Shown one piece after another: positions 48,169 to 59,730 of a stretch of 64,000 bases of DNA (position 1 is the first letter of the stretch; each line of letters begins with the position of its first letter). This DNA comes from Phyllobates terribilis (lineage: Eukaryota). The stretch lies in NCBI RefSeq assembly GCF_046119375.1, contig NW_027362767.1, forward strand, positions 44,826,001-44,890,000, in the 5' to 3' direction. Below the pieces are notes generated by a model. It saw nothing but the letters and a program-made list of their open reading frames with translations, was not told where the DNA came from and searched no databases. Position numbers and translations under genes: made by a program.

Positions 48169-48803
48169 CTGGATGGGAAAAAGAATGAAAAGTCAATTAG
48201 TCCAGAAGGTTAGAGAAAAGCTAGTCATTTGCAGTATCACCCCCCGATCCAAGGGGTCTGTCCTGTGCTGCAGGCACCGTCTATTCCCCATCACAGAATA
48301 TGCCATAAAGGTCTGATATGAGGGTCTCCCACCACTAAGACCCTCCACTAGCTCCAGCTTCCAGTCAGTAGAGTATGCGGCCAGCCCTCTCCAACTAAGA
48401 TCCCAAGAATGGCGGCCTCCCTATTCCCAGCATTGTCCGACAGGGGTCCAGTAGGTGGTCCCTCAGACACTTGTGGCATATTCTCCATTCAGTAGAGGAA
48501 AATGCCCCTCGAAGACTTAGGCGATTATGAGTCCCGTTATACCAAGGAGGCGGCCAGCTGGGATCTGGCTTGAATTTAGGCAGAACTTAAAAATGCACAA
48601 AACGCAGCACATTGCAGTGGAGGAGAGATTAAAAATTCAATCCTAATTTTGTAAATCTTTGTGTAGCATCGTGGAGAATTAAAGGAATGTCCAATGGTGA
48701 TGACCCCAACTCCTGCAAACAATGCTACAGCCATGCACAAACATGGCAGGACCCCCATCAATGCACAAACATGGCAGGACCCCCATCAGATCCTGGTACC
48801 TAC

Positions 48804-48847
48804 TTGTATCTGTTGAATTCTGGTGAACAGCGAGCTTTAAAGATCAC
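48804..48847 (-). CDS. GPR137C: GPR137C exon 2 (VIFKARCSPEFNRYK)
   Basis: TAG acceptor, GTAGGT donor, 44 nt. Confidence 0.92.
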
Positions 48848-50230
48848 CTAAAAAGAAAGAAGAAACAGCGTTAGACGGCGCACTGCTCCGAAGGCAGAGA
48901 CAAAAGATCCGAGACATCGCCAGAACTGGCTACATGCACTTCTGTACGATATGGATAACGAGCCAACATGGCTTCATTTCACACAGGATGAGGTACGTGG
49001 GTTTCGTAAATGGCGGCTGGAGACCGCCCGCTATCCGATTTACTTGTTCCTATACATTACTCCCCGCTTCCAGTCACTCGAGTTGTTGGCATTGTATGCG
49101 CCATCATCTGCGGGCACAAAGGATGGGACTTAAGGCTATTGGGGGAAGACTTGCTGTTTAAGGTCCATAAGTTGGTTTTAATGAAGCATAACATCTAATT
49201 TACACTGTTATCGGAGTGGATTGTGCCCCCTTCTCACCATCACCTTGTGTCTGCACTCCTCATATATTCTGCTCATGATCAAGACAAGGCCGTCGTACGG
49301 GTTCAGATTAGCAGCCGCTTTCCCCCAGCGCGTGCGTCTATAGAGCGCCAACTGGGAATAGATATTATTCCAGAGTTTTATCAATATAAATAAGGTCTTG
49401 CTTATGTTCCCACAGCCCCCTGCTGCAATAAGCCCAGTCATCGCCCCCAGTGCATAATTTGCCCCCCCCCTTGTTGTACAATACTCACTAAAAACCCCAC
49501 AATTTTAGGCCATGCACCATTAACCTCACACAAAGATAGCAACGTCTTTCAATGCATTGCAAAAAGGCTGTAATGTTACTGTTGTCTTAGAAAGTTCAAG
49601 ACGCCACAAGGGAACAGCGTGTTGCACTTTCTGAAGGAAACCTGCAGCCTCATCTTTTTGTCAATGTCCAGGGTGTAGTTTCCAGAGAAAATGTTATAAT
49701 GTCACCAAACCTGCTCAGTGCAGTCATCTGGGCGGGGCATAGCGCTAAGCAGTCAGTGTTCTCCGTCCCACCCACTGGTCATTCCATTGACATCTTGCTT
49801 AGTCTGTGATGCTGGGAGAACAGCGCCGACTGCTCAGTGATCTGCCCCAAGAACAGGGCAGGTGTGGCGCCATGACATTATTTTCTATGTTCAGCGCTGC
49901 CTGCACTATACACCCTGGACATCAGAGGGTAAAAAGCCCTAAACGAACAATTGTCCAGTGGAGAAAATAAATGAACAACTTGCTGATTGGGGAAGGGGAA
50001 GGTGTCTGACTGCAGAGACCCACACTGAATGGCAAAATGGGGAACCTTCTCCCCTGTGATATTACAGGGGCACATGCCCGATTGAGAGGCAGCTGCAAAA
50101 AGCCGAGCGCCGCCCTATAGGGAATGAATGGAGCGGCGATGGGGCTTCATTTTGTAACAAGGATGAAAGTTCCTCAATTTTGCAGATTTGGTGTAGCTCC
50201 CCCTCCCCCATTACAAATTAAGAAACTGGT

Positions 50231-50478
50231 CAGTGGTTAGCACTGCAGCGCTGAGGTCCTGGGTTCAAATCTCACCAAGAACAACATCTGCAAGGAGTTT
50301 GTATGTTCTCCCTTTGTTTGCGCGGGTTTCCTCCGGGTTCTCCGGTTTCCTCCCACACTCCAAAGGACATACAGATAGGGAATGTAGATTGTGAGCCCCA
50401 ATGGGGAAAGTGATGATAATGTGTCTGAATTATAACGCGCTGCAGAATATGTTGGCGCTATATAAATAAAAAGATTAT
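50231..50478 (+). mobile_element. tRNA-derived SINE (V-SINE-like), GPR137C intron 1
   Basis: B box GGGTTCAAATC; V-type core GTTTGTATGTTCTCCC...GGGTTTCCTCCGGG..CTCCGGTTTCCTCCCAC; AT-rich tail. Confidence 0.85.
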
Positions 50479-51526
50479 TGACGTGAACCATCTATAGAGT
50501 CTCTAATAGATCTGTGCAGCCAGTAACTACAGCCATGGACCCGACAGCAGTCAGGTGAGAAGAGCTCAGTAACAGCTCAGCATCCACAGGAAGCCATCAC
50601 ACCCCCAGACAAAGCAGTAGGGTGAGGAGAGGGTTAACCAATGATGTCACCCAACAATCACTGGCAAACAGCGCCCTCAGCAGGCAGAAGAGTAAACACA
50701 CTGCAAAGCACTTCAGGGGGGTGCAAGGGATTAAACAGCAACATTATTATTGCTGTACACAAGATCCATTATGACATTAGCACACCCCCTACAGGTCAGA
50801 CAAGGAACTGCACTGAAGCTTTACAAGCATGCAAGAAAATAAATGCAATCTATACTGGAGGAGAGCAAAACACACCCCTCCCCCTATTAGGAGCACAGGA
50901 GGAAACAACACTGGTACCTAAGTCACTGCAACAGCTCACACCCCCTGTAGGACATAAGAGCAGACATCCATGCAAAATACTGTGAAGGGTTAAGGAGTGA
51001 TGTCATCTGCTGCAAAAGAATCCTACAAGAAACCACCACCACCTAGAGGACAGATAATGAACTACAGTAATATGCTAGAGCCAAGCAACACGCCCCCTCC
51101 AGGCTCAGGGTGAACAGGAACCCAAAATAAAGGCATCAGTCACCAAGACAGGTTTACCTGCCCCTATAGTCAGTAAAGAACACAACCGCCCCCTGCAGGC
51201 CAAAAGCAGTCACAACACTACACAGCTGCAGGGGATGAAGGGGTAAGCAGGGACATCATAATAAAAATGCATTAACTTAAATGGCAGTACACGTAGAGGC
51301 GAACAGCACGCCCCCTTCAGACCACAGGGAGAAACAGACCCATCCGTACCGGGAACACGAGCGCCCCCTGCCGCCAGCCTCGCATAGCTGCAGGGGATGA
51401 AGGGTTAAACAGTGACGTCACCCCCCCTGCACTGGAAAAAACAAGCTGCCAGCAGCGCGCCACCTGCCGGTCACACGGGGCACTGCAGCCGCTGACAATA
51501 GTAGCAGAGCCGCCCCCTGCACTCAC

Positions 51527-51844
51527 CTGCGAGAAGTAGAGGGTGAGCAGACACAGGGAGAAGAACTGCAGGCAGATGGGGGCGCAGTAGAGCAGCCAGT
51601 GCGGGAAGGGCTGCAGCACACTGGCCTGGGCACAGCTGTTCAGGTAGAAGGAGAACAGCACGGTCCGGAAGCCGGCCCACAGCAGGCAGAGGAACAGCAG
51701 CAGGCTCTGGTAACTCAGCCGCTTCTGCTTGTAGTGCAGCAGCAGCCAGAGCTGGACGTACACCGCCAGGAAGAGCAGCGAGCACAGCGCCGTGCACAGC
51801 ACCGCCAGCCCCAGCTCCACTGCCCACGGGATGGCCGCGCTCAT
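51527..51844 (-). CDS. GPR137C: GPR137C exon 1, coding part (MSAAIPWAVELGLAVL...LLTLYFSQ)
   Basis: ATG at 51844 in ACACCATGA context (the ORF-track start at 51862 is a GTG); GTGAGT donor. Confidence 0.93.
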
Positions 51845-52500
51845 GGTGTCAGAGCATGTCACTGCACCCCGCGCTCCACAACAACTCCACTGGAAGACAT
51901 CAGCTGAGCCCGACCATTTCAGCTACTCTGCGCCCAGCGGATTGGCCACACGGAGCTCCGCCCACTTCGGCTTCTGCTCTCTTATAGGTCGCGGTGGCTG
52001 TCAACTATCCCACAACGGACCTGCCTCTCAAGAGCATGGACGCTGCCCGCAGACGATTGGACAGAGGCGACTCCGCCCAGCAGGAGGAACGAGGATCTGA
52101 TTGGTTGATTAGGACGTCTGTTACTTCTTTTGTCTAAGCTGTAGATCCCGCCTACTGGTTGATGGTGATTGGTTGGGGGGGGGGATCGCTATGGCGACGG
52201 GAGGGCGGGACTTTGAGGGTGTCAGGTGATGAGTGGTACCCTGCAGCCGTTCACAGACGGACTACAACTCCCAGCATGCCCCGGCGGACTGCAGGACAGT
52301 TATGACTAAATCCCAATGGGCTAAAGGACCTGGTCCCTGTGAGGGAATGACGTCACCTGAAGGGGCGTGGCTTCTTCAATCCAGCGCAGACCTGAAACCA
52401 GGAAGAGGTGAAGCAGCTGCGGCTGTCGGTGCTGAGATGGTTAACGAGAGTCTGTTCTGCTGCCAGGCCCTGACTGCGGCCCGTACTGGGTGAGTGTCGC
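51845..52500. promoter_or_regulatory. CpG-rich bidirectional promoter (GPR137C and a divergent + strand gene)
   Basis: Several GATTGG (CCAAT) boxes; GGGCGG at ~52203; ACTACAACTCCCAGCATGCC (ZNF143/THAP11-type) at 52261-52280; TGACGTCA at ~52348. Confidence 0.8.
52390..52489 (+). other. Putative first (probably non-coding) exon of the divergent gene; TXNDC16 expected from mammalian synteny
   Basis: Strong donor CTGG|GTGAGT at the edge of the CpG island; no TXNDC16 coding sequence in the window, so identity is inferred only; 5' boundary is approximate. Confidence 0.45.
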
Positions 52501-54579
52501 CATGGGGGGCTGCCTGTGGGGGCGCTATACCTGTGCTGTGGGGATATCTTACTGCAGTGGCTTGCAAAAGTATTCACCCCCTTGACTTTTTACCTATTTT
52601 GTTACATTACAACCTGTGTGTAAATATTTGTATGATCTGATTTGTGTGTGATGCATCAGCACTAAATAGTGTAAGGTGGTGAAGTGAGAAAAATATAGGA
52701 ATAAATAAATGTATGGGATCAAATAACTAAAGATTGGCATGTGCATAAGTATTCACTAGTGTTGAGCGAGCACTAAAATGCTCGGGCCGAGCTCACTGTG
52801 ATACTCGGGTGCTCGACCCGAGCAACAAGCCCAATGTTAGTCTATAGGAGACCCGAGCATTTTTGCGGCGGCACCCCCGGCAGTCTGTAGAAAGCCTAAA
52901 AAGTGCCCAAAACGATAGTGACAGTGCTCAAAAGACATGGGGACAGCATGGGGATCGCCCCTGGAAGCATTTCTGAACCCCAGGTCACTGCTGTCAACAA
53001 CGTGGTCAGAGGTATTAAGCCACTTTTAAGGGCTCACAATAAAACGTTCAAAAACAAAACTGAAACGGTTTTCCTGTGAAATATGTTAAGGAACTTCCTT
53101 TCCAGGGTAAAGACTTGTGTATAAGGTAAAATAAATAGCCAAAAACAAAAATACTCCTCCACACCTTGGGCTATGTTCACAAGTAGCATTTTTTATGCGT
53201 TTTTGCACTTTTGTATTGCTTTCAACCGTGACAAATGCATTCACCGGGAAATGTCATTTTAACATTTTACAACCTTATCTGGCCATGTGCTGTGTGACAC
53301 ATGCATACAGTGCTGAAAAGACATGGGGACAGCATGGGGAAGACCCCTGGAAGCATCTCTGACACCCAGGTCACTGCCTAAAAGTGTGCCCATCAGAAGT
53401 GATCCTTGCCGCATCAGAAGATGCAGACTTGCAACTATCCCCATGCAAGTCCTTGTCCCAGGGCAGTGTTCAATTGTACCTCCCCCATTCCTTGCAATGC
53501 AAGCGCAAATATGCAGCCTGCCACCCACCCGCAGGCTGCAATACTATACTGCTAGCTTGCACTTGAAATAGGGCCTTTTAGTTTGGAGGAGGCCGAAGCT
53601 GGCCACTACCTCATGGCTGCTTTGGCAGCGAGGTATCCATACTCAGTCCCCAGCCGCCAGGGGGCGGTCGGGTGTCCACGCTCGGTCCCCAGCCGCCAGG
53701 GGGCGGCCGCGTGTCCATAAACGGTCCCCAGCCGACCCTATTTCTCCTGTCACCTTCCCACACACTTTTCTTAGCCTGGCCTGCTTTAGGGCAGCATTGG
53801 ACGAGCCCACCAGAGAACCAGACTCCTCCGGTGGGCCCTGGCTTCTCCATCAGGGGAGTTGAGAGTGCCAAGGTGAGGAGCATGATGATGATGATGATGA
53901 TGATGATAGAAGTTAGCATCTGCTTTGTTTTGTTGTAATGCAAGCGCATGTATGTAGTAGCGGCTAGGCCTGAGGTGGTCAGCGTTTTGGCGCATATCCT
54001 ACCTCCTCCGAGGATTGCTGGATGTTTTCCTGCTACTATCCCAGTTCTATGACTCCCGTTAAAACAAAGCTTCAGGTGATAAATGATGGATGAGGTGGTG
54101 GTAAAGGAGAAAGAGCAGGAGGAACAGGTACCATTCACATCAATATCAGGCCGGTCAACCACATATGTCTTGTAGGATATGTTTCTGTAACAAAAGGAGC
54201 GGTTCGGCTACACAGTTATAGGGCATACAGTGAGTGCAATGCCTACCAAAAATTGAGGCACTCCAATGCCCCTTGGAAATGACATGGGGGTCAGAGGGCC
54301 TTAACTAAACCATTTTTTCCATTTATAGCAACTGGGTCTCCTGTGCACTGTTGGCCTAAGCAGTGAATGGAAGGCTTTCCAAAAATTATGAGGAACTGCA
54401 ATGCCCCTTGAGACAGACGTGGATTACAGCATACTAAAAACCTTCTACCCATTATTGGGGAGTGAGTCTCCCTTAGTTTTCACCTTTGCATTGAAAAGTA
54501 AAAGCTGACTAAAATTAGGAGGAAATGCAATGCCCGTTGGAAGAGTCATGGAGGTTAGAGGTAATTAAAAACAATATTT

Positions 54580-55060
54580 CAATGCCCCTTGGAAGAGCTG
54601 TGGAGTTCAGAGTGGCGTAAGAAGACTCTTTTAATGCCCCTTTGAAGAGACGTGGAGGTCACAGTAGCTTAACAAGACGGTTTTAATGCCCCTCGGAAGA
54701 GACGTGGAGGTCACAGTAGCTTAACAAGACGGTTTTAATGCCCCTTGGAAGAGACGTGGAGGTCACAGTAGCTTAACAAGACGGTTTTAATGCCCCTTGG
54801 AAAAGTGGTGGAGGTCGCAGTAGCTTAACAAGACGGTTTTAATGCCCCTTGGAAAAGTGGTGGAGGTCACAGTAGCTTAACAAGACAGTTTGAATGCACC
54901 TCGGAAGAGACGTGGAGGTCCCAGTAGCTTAACAAGACGGTTTTAATGCCCCTCGAAAGAGACGTGGAGGTCACAGTAGCTTAACAAGACGGTTTTAATG
55001 CCCCTCGGAAAAGTGGTGGAGGTCGCAGTAGCTTAACAAGACGGTTTTAATGCCCCTTAC
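54580..55060. repeat. 52-bp tandem array inside the hAT 3' region, followed by an ~130-bp duplication (55050-55290)
   Basis: Unit AATGCCCCTCGGAAGAGACGTGGAGGTCACAGTAGCTTAACAAGACGGTTTT; ACAGTAGC at 54661 and 54713. Confidence 0.93.
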
Positions 55061-55337
55061 AAGAGCCATACAGTACAGCATCTTAAAAACATTATTCCCA
55101 TTATTGGGGAGTGGGTCTCCCATAGTCTTTGCTTATGCCTTCCAAGCAAAATCTGCCAAAAATTAGGACGGAGGAACTTGCAATGCCCCTTACAAGAGCC
55201 ATGCAGTACCGCATATTACAAACATTATTCCCATTATTGGGGAGTGGGTCTCCCATAGTCTTTGCTTATGCCTTCCAAGCAAAAGCTGACAAAAATAAGG
55301 ACGGAGGAACTTTCAATAATGGCAACACGGACCACGG

Positions 55338-58300
55338 TCACCCTGGTGGTATAGTGGTGGTGGTGGCTGAGGTTAAGGAGAAGAGCAAAATACAGCCGAA
55401 ATGAGGAAGCGTATACCCATGTGTGGGTGTGAAGCGGTGCATGGGAATACTCCTCCCGAAATAACACAGTGGATTTGACTTTGTTACTCTACTGTCATTT
55501 GGTGGTGATGAGAAGTCTGGCCCAATCCAGCCCTTGTTCATTTTGATAAGGGTCAGCTTGTCAGCATTGTCAGTTGAAAGGCGAGTGCGCTTATCAGTTA
55601 TAATTCCCCCAGCGGCACTAAAAACACGCTCCGATAACACGCTAGTGGCAGGGCAGGCCAGTACCTCCAAGCCGTACAGAGCGAGTTCATTCCTAGTGTC
55701 CAGCTTGGATACCCAATAATTAAAAGGCACAGAGGAATCACGGAGGACTCTGGTACGGTCGGCAAGGTACTCCCTCACCATCTTTTGAAACTTTCCACTC
55801 CTTGTGAGAGTACCCCGCGCCTCGGGGTCTGTCCGAAGGGAGGGTCTGAGAAAACTGTCCCAGAACGTTGACAGTGTTCCCCTGCCTCTGCTGGATTGGA
55901 GTTGCGTCTCTCTCGCATGTACGCCTTGGTTGGGCAACGAACTGTGACCTCTGCCGCTAGCGTGTTCAGATGGGAATTTTTTTTAACATTTCTGCAGCAA
56001 GGGCCTTCTGGTACTGCCCCATTTTCGTAGACCTCTCCACCTCAGGAATAAGAGAGTGAAAGTTCTCCTTGTAGCGGGGGTCTAAAAGTGTCACCAACCA
56101 GTAATGACTATCACCCAACATTTTGACAACGCGAGGGTCACGGTTAAGGCAGCGTAACTCAGTCATGCGTGCCAGACTGGTAACGGACAAGACTTCCGTG
56201 TCCTCACCAAGATGACGACTGACCATGCTCTCCTCCTCCTCCTCCCCCCTGTCCTCAGGCCCCCCACGCTGAACCGACGGTATGACATTTGTACAGGTAC
56301 TACCGTCTACAGTGCATGGTACAAGCTTCTGTTCTTCCTCCTCCTCCTCCTCTCCCTCATTGTCCCCCAATGCACGTTGGGATGAGATGAGGCTGGGCTG
56401 TGTGTAATCACCCGCTACGGCTTCTTGATCCATCTCATCATACTCTGGCTTCAATGCCTCCTCTTTAATTCTCTGCAGAGAGCGTTGCAAAAGACAGACA
56501 AGTGGAATGCTGAATCTAATGATGGCGTCATCGCCACTCACCATCTTGGTGGACTCCTCAAAGTTTGTCAAGATGGCACGTATGTCAGACATCCAGGTCC
56601 ACTCCTGAGGTCTTATGTGTGGAGTCTGACCTGAATATCGACGGTCTTGTTGGAGCTGGTAGTCCACAACTGCTCTCTTCTGCTCACAAATCCTTAGCAA
56701 CATGTGGAGGGTAGAGTTCCAACGTGTGGGGACATCACACAACAGTCGGTGTGCCGGAAGCTGCAAACGCTGCTGCAACACAGCAACGGCGGCGGAAGCT
56801 GTAGCCGACTTGCGAAAATGAGCTGACAGGCGGCGTACTTTGACGAGCAGATCTGGCAACTCGGGGTACGATTTAAGAAACTGCTGAACCACAAGGTTAA
56901 GCACATGAGCCAGGTATGGTAAGTGTGTGATCTCGCCTCAGAGCCGCCACCAGGTTACGGCCATTGTCACACGCGACCATGCCTGGATGTAGGTTCAGCG
57001 GTCTCAGCCACAGATCTGCCTGCTCTTTCACAGCTGTCCACAACTCACAAGCAGTGTGAGGTTTATCACCTAAGCTTATGAGTTTCAGTACAGCCTGTTG
57101 CCGCTTGGCGGAGGCAGTACTGCAATGCTTCCAGCTTGTAACTGATGTGGTGATATCTGAGATGGAGGCTGAACATGAGGAGAAGGAGGAGGAGGATGAT
57201 GCGCAGGAGCTGTATACTGTGGGGGCAACTCTGACTGACATAGGGCCCGCAATCCTCGGTGTGGGGAGGATGTGTTCCATCCCAAGGTCCGACTGTGTCC
57301 CGGCTTCCACTATGTTTACCCAGTGTGCCGTTAGGGTTATGTACCGTCCCTGGCCACAAGCACTTGTCCACGTGTCCGTTGTCAGGTGGACTCTCCCAGT
57401 AACTGCGTTGTTGAGGGCACGGCAGATGTTTTGGGACACGTGCTTGTGTCGTGCGGGGATGGCACACCGGGCAAAATAGTGTCGGCTGGGGACCGAGCAC
57501 CGAGGGACGGCCACCGCCATAAGGTTGAGGAAGGATTCCGTCTCCACCAGCCTAAAAGGCATCATTTCCAACGCAAGCAGTCGTGAAATGTGCGAATTAA
57601 GGACTGTGGCCTGTGGGGCGTTGGCTGCGAATTTGCGCTTTCGTTCAAAGATCTGGTATATGGACAATTGAACGCTGCGATGGAACGTGGACGTTGATGC
57701 TGTTTCTTGAGAAACTGCCATAACAAGTGAAGACTGAGAGGAGGGGGCATCTTTGCATGCAGTATGGACAGGGGATTGCCTTGCACACGCAACAGGGGGT
57801 TCTATTACACGCACAACAGCGGAAGAAGCAGTAGTGACACCCGCTGACACTGGTCGTGGACCCTGGGGTTCGCCCCACAAAGTCGGGTGCTTTGCTGCCA
57901 TGTGCCTGATCATGCTGGTGGTGGTCAGGCTGGTAGTTTTGTCACCGCTGCTGATGCTGGCATGGCAGGTGGTACAAATGGCCTTTTTGGGGTTATCAGC
58001 AGAGTCTTTAAAAAAATTCCAGACTCTGGAAGACCTACAGGTTGTACTGGCAACGTCCCTCGTGTTGGTGTTACGGGGAATGGTTGCCTGCCTTCTGTCT
58101 GCGGCCACCACACTGCTTCTTCCTGCCTGTTGGGGTACTCTTCCTCCCTCCCCCTGTGTGCTGCTGGCCTCGCTCTGCGTGTCCTCCTGCCACGTAGGGT
58201 CAGTTACTAGATCATCCTCCTCCTCTTCCGCACCACGGTCCTCCTCCTCACTTCCTGGCAATTGTGTCTCGTCATCGTCCACCTCTTGTGACAAATTGCC

Positions 58301-58801
58301 AGCGTCGACTTCCTGTGGCCGTGGCTGTTCAAATATTTGGGCATCGCTACATGGGATCTCCTCTTCCACCACTTCAAGCGGAGCAGGCGAGGGGCCCAAA
58401 TATGGAAATGGACCAGTGAACAGCTCTTCAGAGAGTCCAACTGTGGGATCAGTTGCTGTCTGACGACACTCGGCATGGTGGGAGGAAGGAGCATCAGGGT
58501 GAGGAGGAGTATGCGGTCGAGACTCATGGCTACTAACACTTGACCATGTGGAAGACAGACCAGAGGCGGTGGTGCCCAGGTGACTGGAAGTATTATCTGC
58601 TATCCAATTAATAACCTGTTCACACTGATCAGTTCGCAATACTGGTGTTCTGTGCTTCCTTAGTAATTCGGTCAAGAAGTGGGAGCGAGAAGATGTGGCT
58701 GTTGGTTGTGGCACATTTTCACCTTGGCCACGGCCCCGTCCTCTACACGCACCATCACCAGAACGTCCAGTTCCACGTCCCTTGCCACGCGCCTTGCCCA
58801 T
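55338..58801 (-). pseudogene. hAT (ZBED-like) transposase, ~1,150 codons, two frameshifts (~56930, ~55978)
   Basis: BED finger (SRVWNFF..AICTTC..SMIRHMAAKH); HLTTDTWTS; ACDNGRNL; AHVLNL; DVPTRWNST; LDPRYK; dimerisation domain PATSVLSERVFSAAG...RTRLS. Confidence 0.93.
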
Positions 58802-59730
58802 TGTAAATGAAGTAAAATAGCTTACACTCGCACTATCAATGGCAAAAGGGTAATAGAAAGGAGATTAGAACCGTGGAAGAGGAAAACCACAGTTCTATTT
58901 CTATGGCCTACACCCGACTCTTTTAAACAATCTGAAAAATCAGGGAGAAACTATTAGTTTTTTTTTTACGGCAAAAAATGCCAAAAGCAGGATAATAGAG
59001 ATTTTTTACCGTGAAATAGAAAAACCACAGTTATAATTTACTGGTGTATACCAGACTATTTAAAATATATATATTTGCGGCTGAACAGTGAGCGACACAC
59101 TCAAACTGTTTTTTTTTAGATACAAATGGCCCAAAAGTGGATAATACAGAAGTTTGAACCGTGGAACTGCAAAACCACACTTCTGTCTCTCTGGCCTACA
59201 CAAGACTATTTTCAACAGATATATTTGTGTCTGAAAAATCAGGGAGACACTATTAGTTTTTTTTTTTACGGCAAAAAATGCCAAAAGCAGGATAATGGGG
59301 ATTATGGGTGAAATATCACAAATACACATGCCCAGGAACATATTGATGAGATATATCACCCAGGCTTGTGTAACCCCGATATTCTACACATAATCCCAAA
59401 TAGTTACAATCTTTTTTCCCTGGTTCTATTATTAAACTTTAATCCAGCCCTGTGGATGTTCTGATTCATTTAAGTATTTCCATTGAATTCCCTCTGATTT
59501 CTTTCTATATTACAGGTCAAGAGTTAAAAACTGCAGCTTCTTCTAATCCAGTATCAAGGCCAGAAGTCATTTCCTGGTCTGCATTTGAAAAATGTGCTGC
59601 CATCTAGTGGTCGACATTGCAGCCCATCATCCCATCATCCCAATATGCAGTTTAGTACGTCCCTTTACCTTTACTGAAAGGCCACAGGGGCTGCAACACC
59701 ATTAACAAGGGGCACCACTAATCAAACACC

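Larger units (their letters stand above)
45808..51844 (-). other. GPR137C: GPR137C gene span (lysosomal 7TM protein), 7 coding exons, 1134-nt CDS, 377 aa
   Basis: GT-AG introns with consistent phases; [31 protein letters not shown] and LFTC motifs; 44-nt exon 2 and the C-terminus favour paralogue C over B; adjacent to ERO1A as in mammals. Confidence 0.93.
52757..59340 (-). mobile_element. hAT DNA transposon; one TIR (TAGTGTTGAGCG) at 52757, other end not found (right boundary approximate)
   Basis: Transposase at 58801-55338; subterminal duplications (~52950 and ~53320; ~58960 and ~59260); 52-bp internal tandem array. Confidence 0.85.

Noticed and set aside
48576-48788. Minus-strand ORF in GPR137C intron 2 faintly resembling a TM segment plus RCY, and a 28-bp duplication at 48733-48788
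   Set aside because: The real exon 4 is at 47152-47310; this ORF has no fitting splice sites or convincing similarity.
51845-51862. ORF-track start of GPR137C at 51862
   Set aside because: That codon is GTG; the first in-frame ATG with good context is at 51844.
52437-52489. ATG-initiated frame MVNESLFCCQALTAARTG as the first coding exon of the divergent gene
   Set aside because: No resemblance to the TXNDC16 signal peptide as I recall it; treated as an upstream ATG in a probable UTR exon.
53611-54162. 183-aa minus-strand ORF and the poly-His / poly-Met frames inside the hAT element
   Set aside because: Low-complexity (GAT)n tract and short internal duplications of the transposon interior; no recognisable domain.
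57753-58463. 236-aa plus-strand ORF
   Set aside because: Antisense shadow of the hAT transposase ORF.
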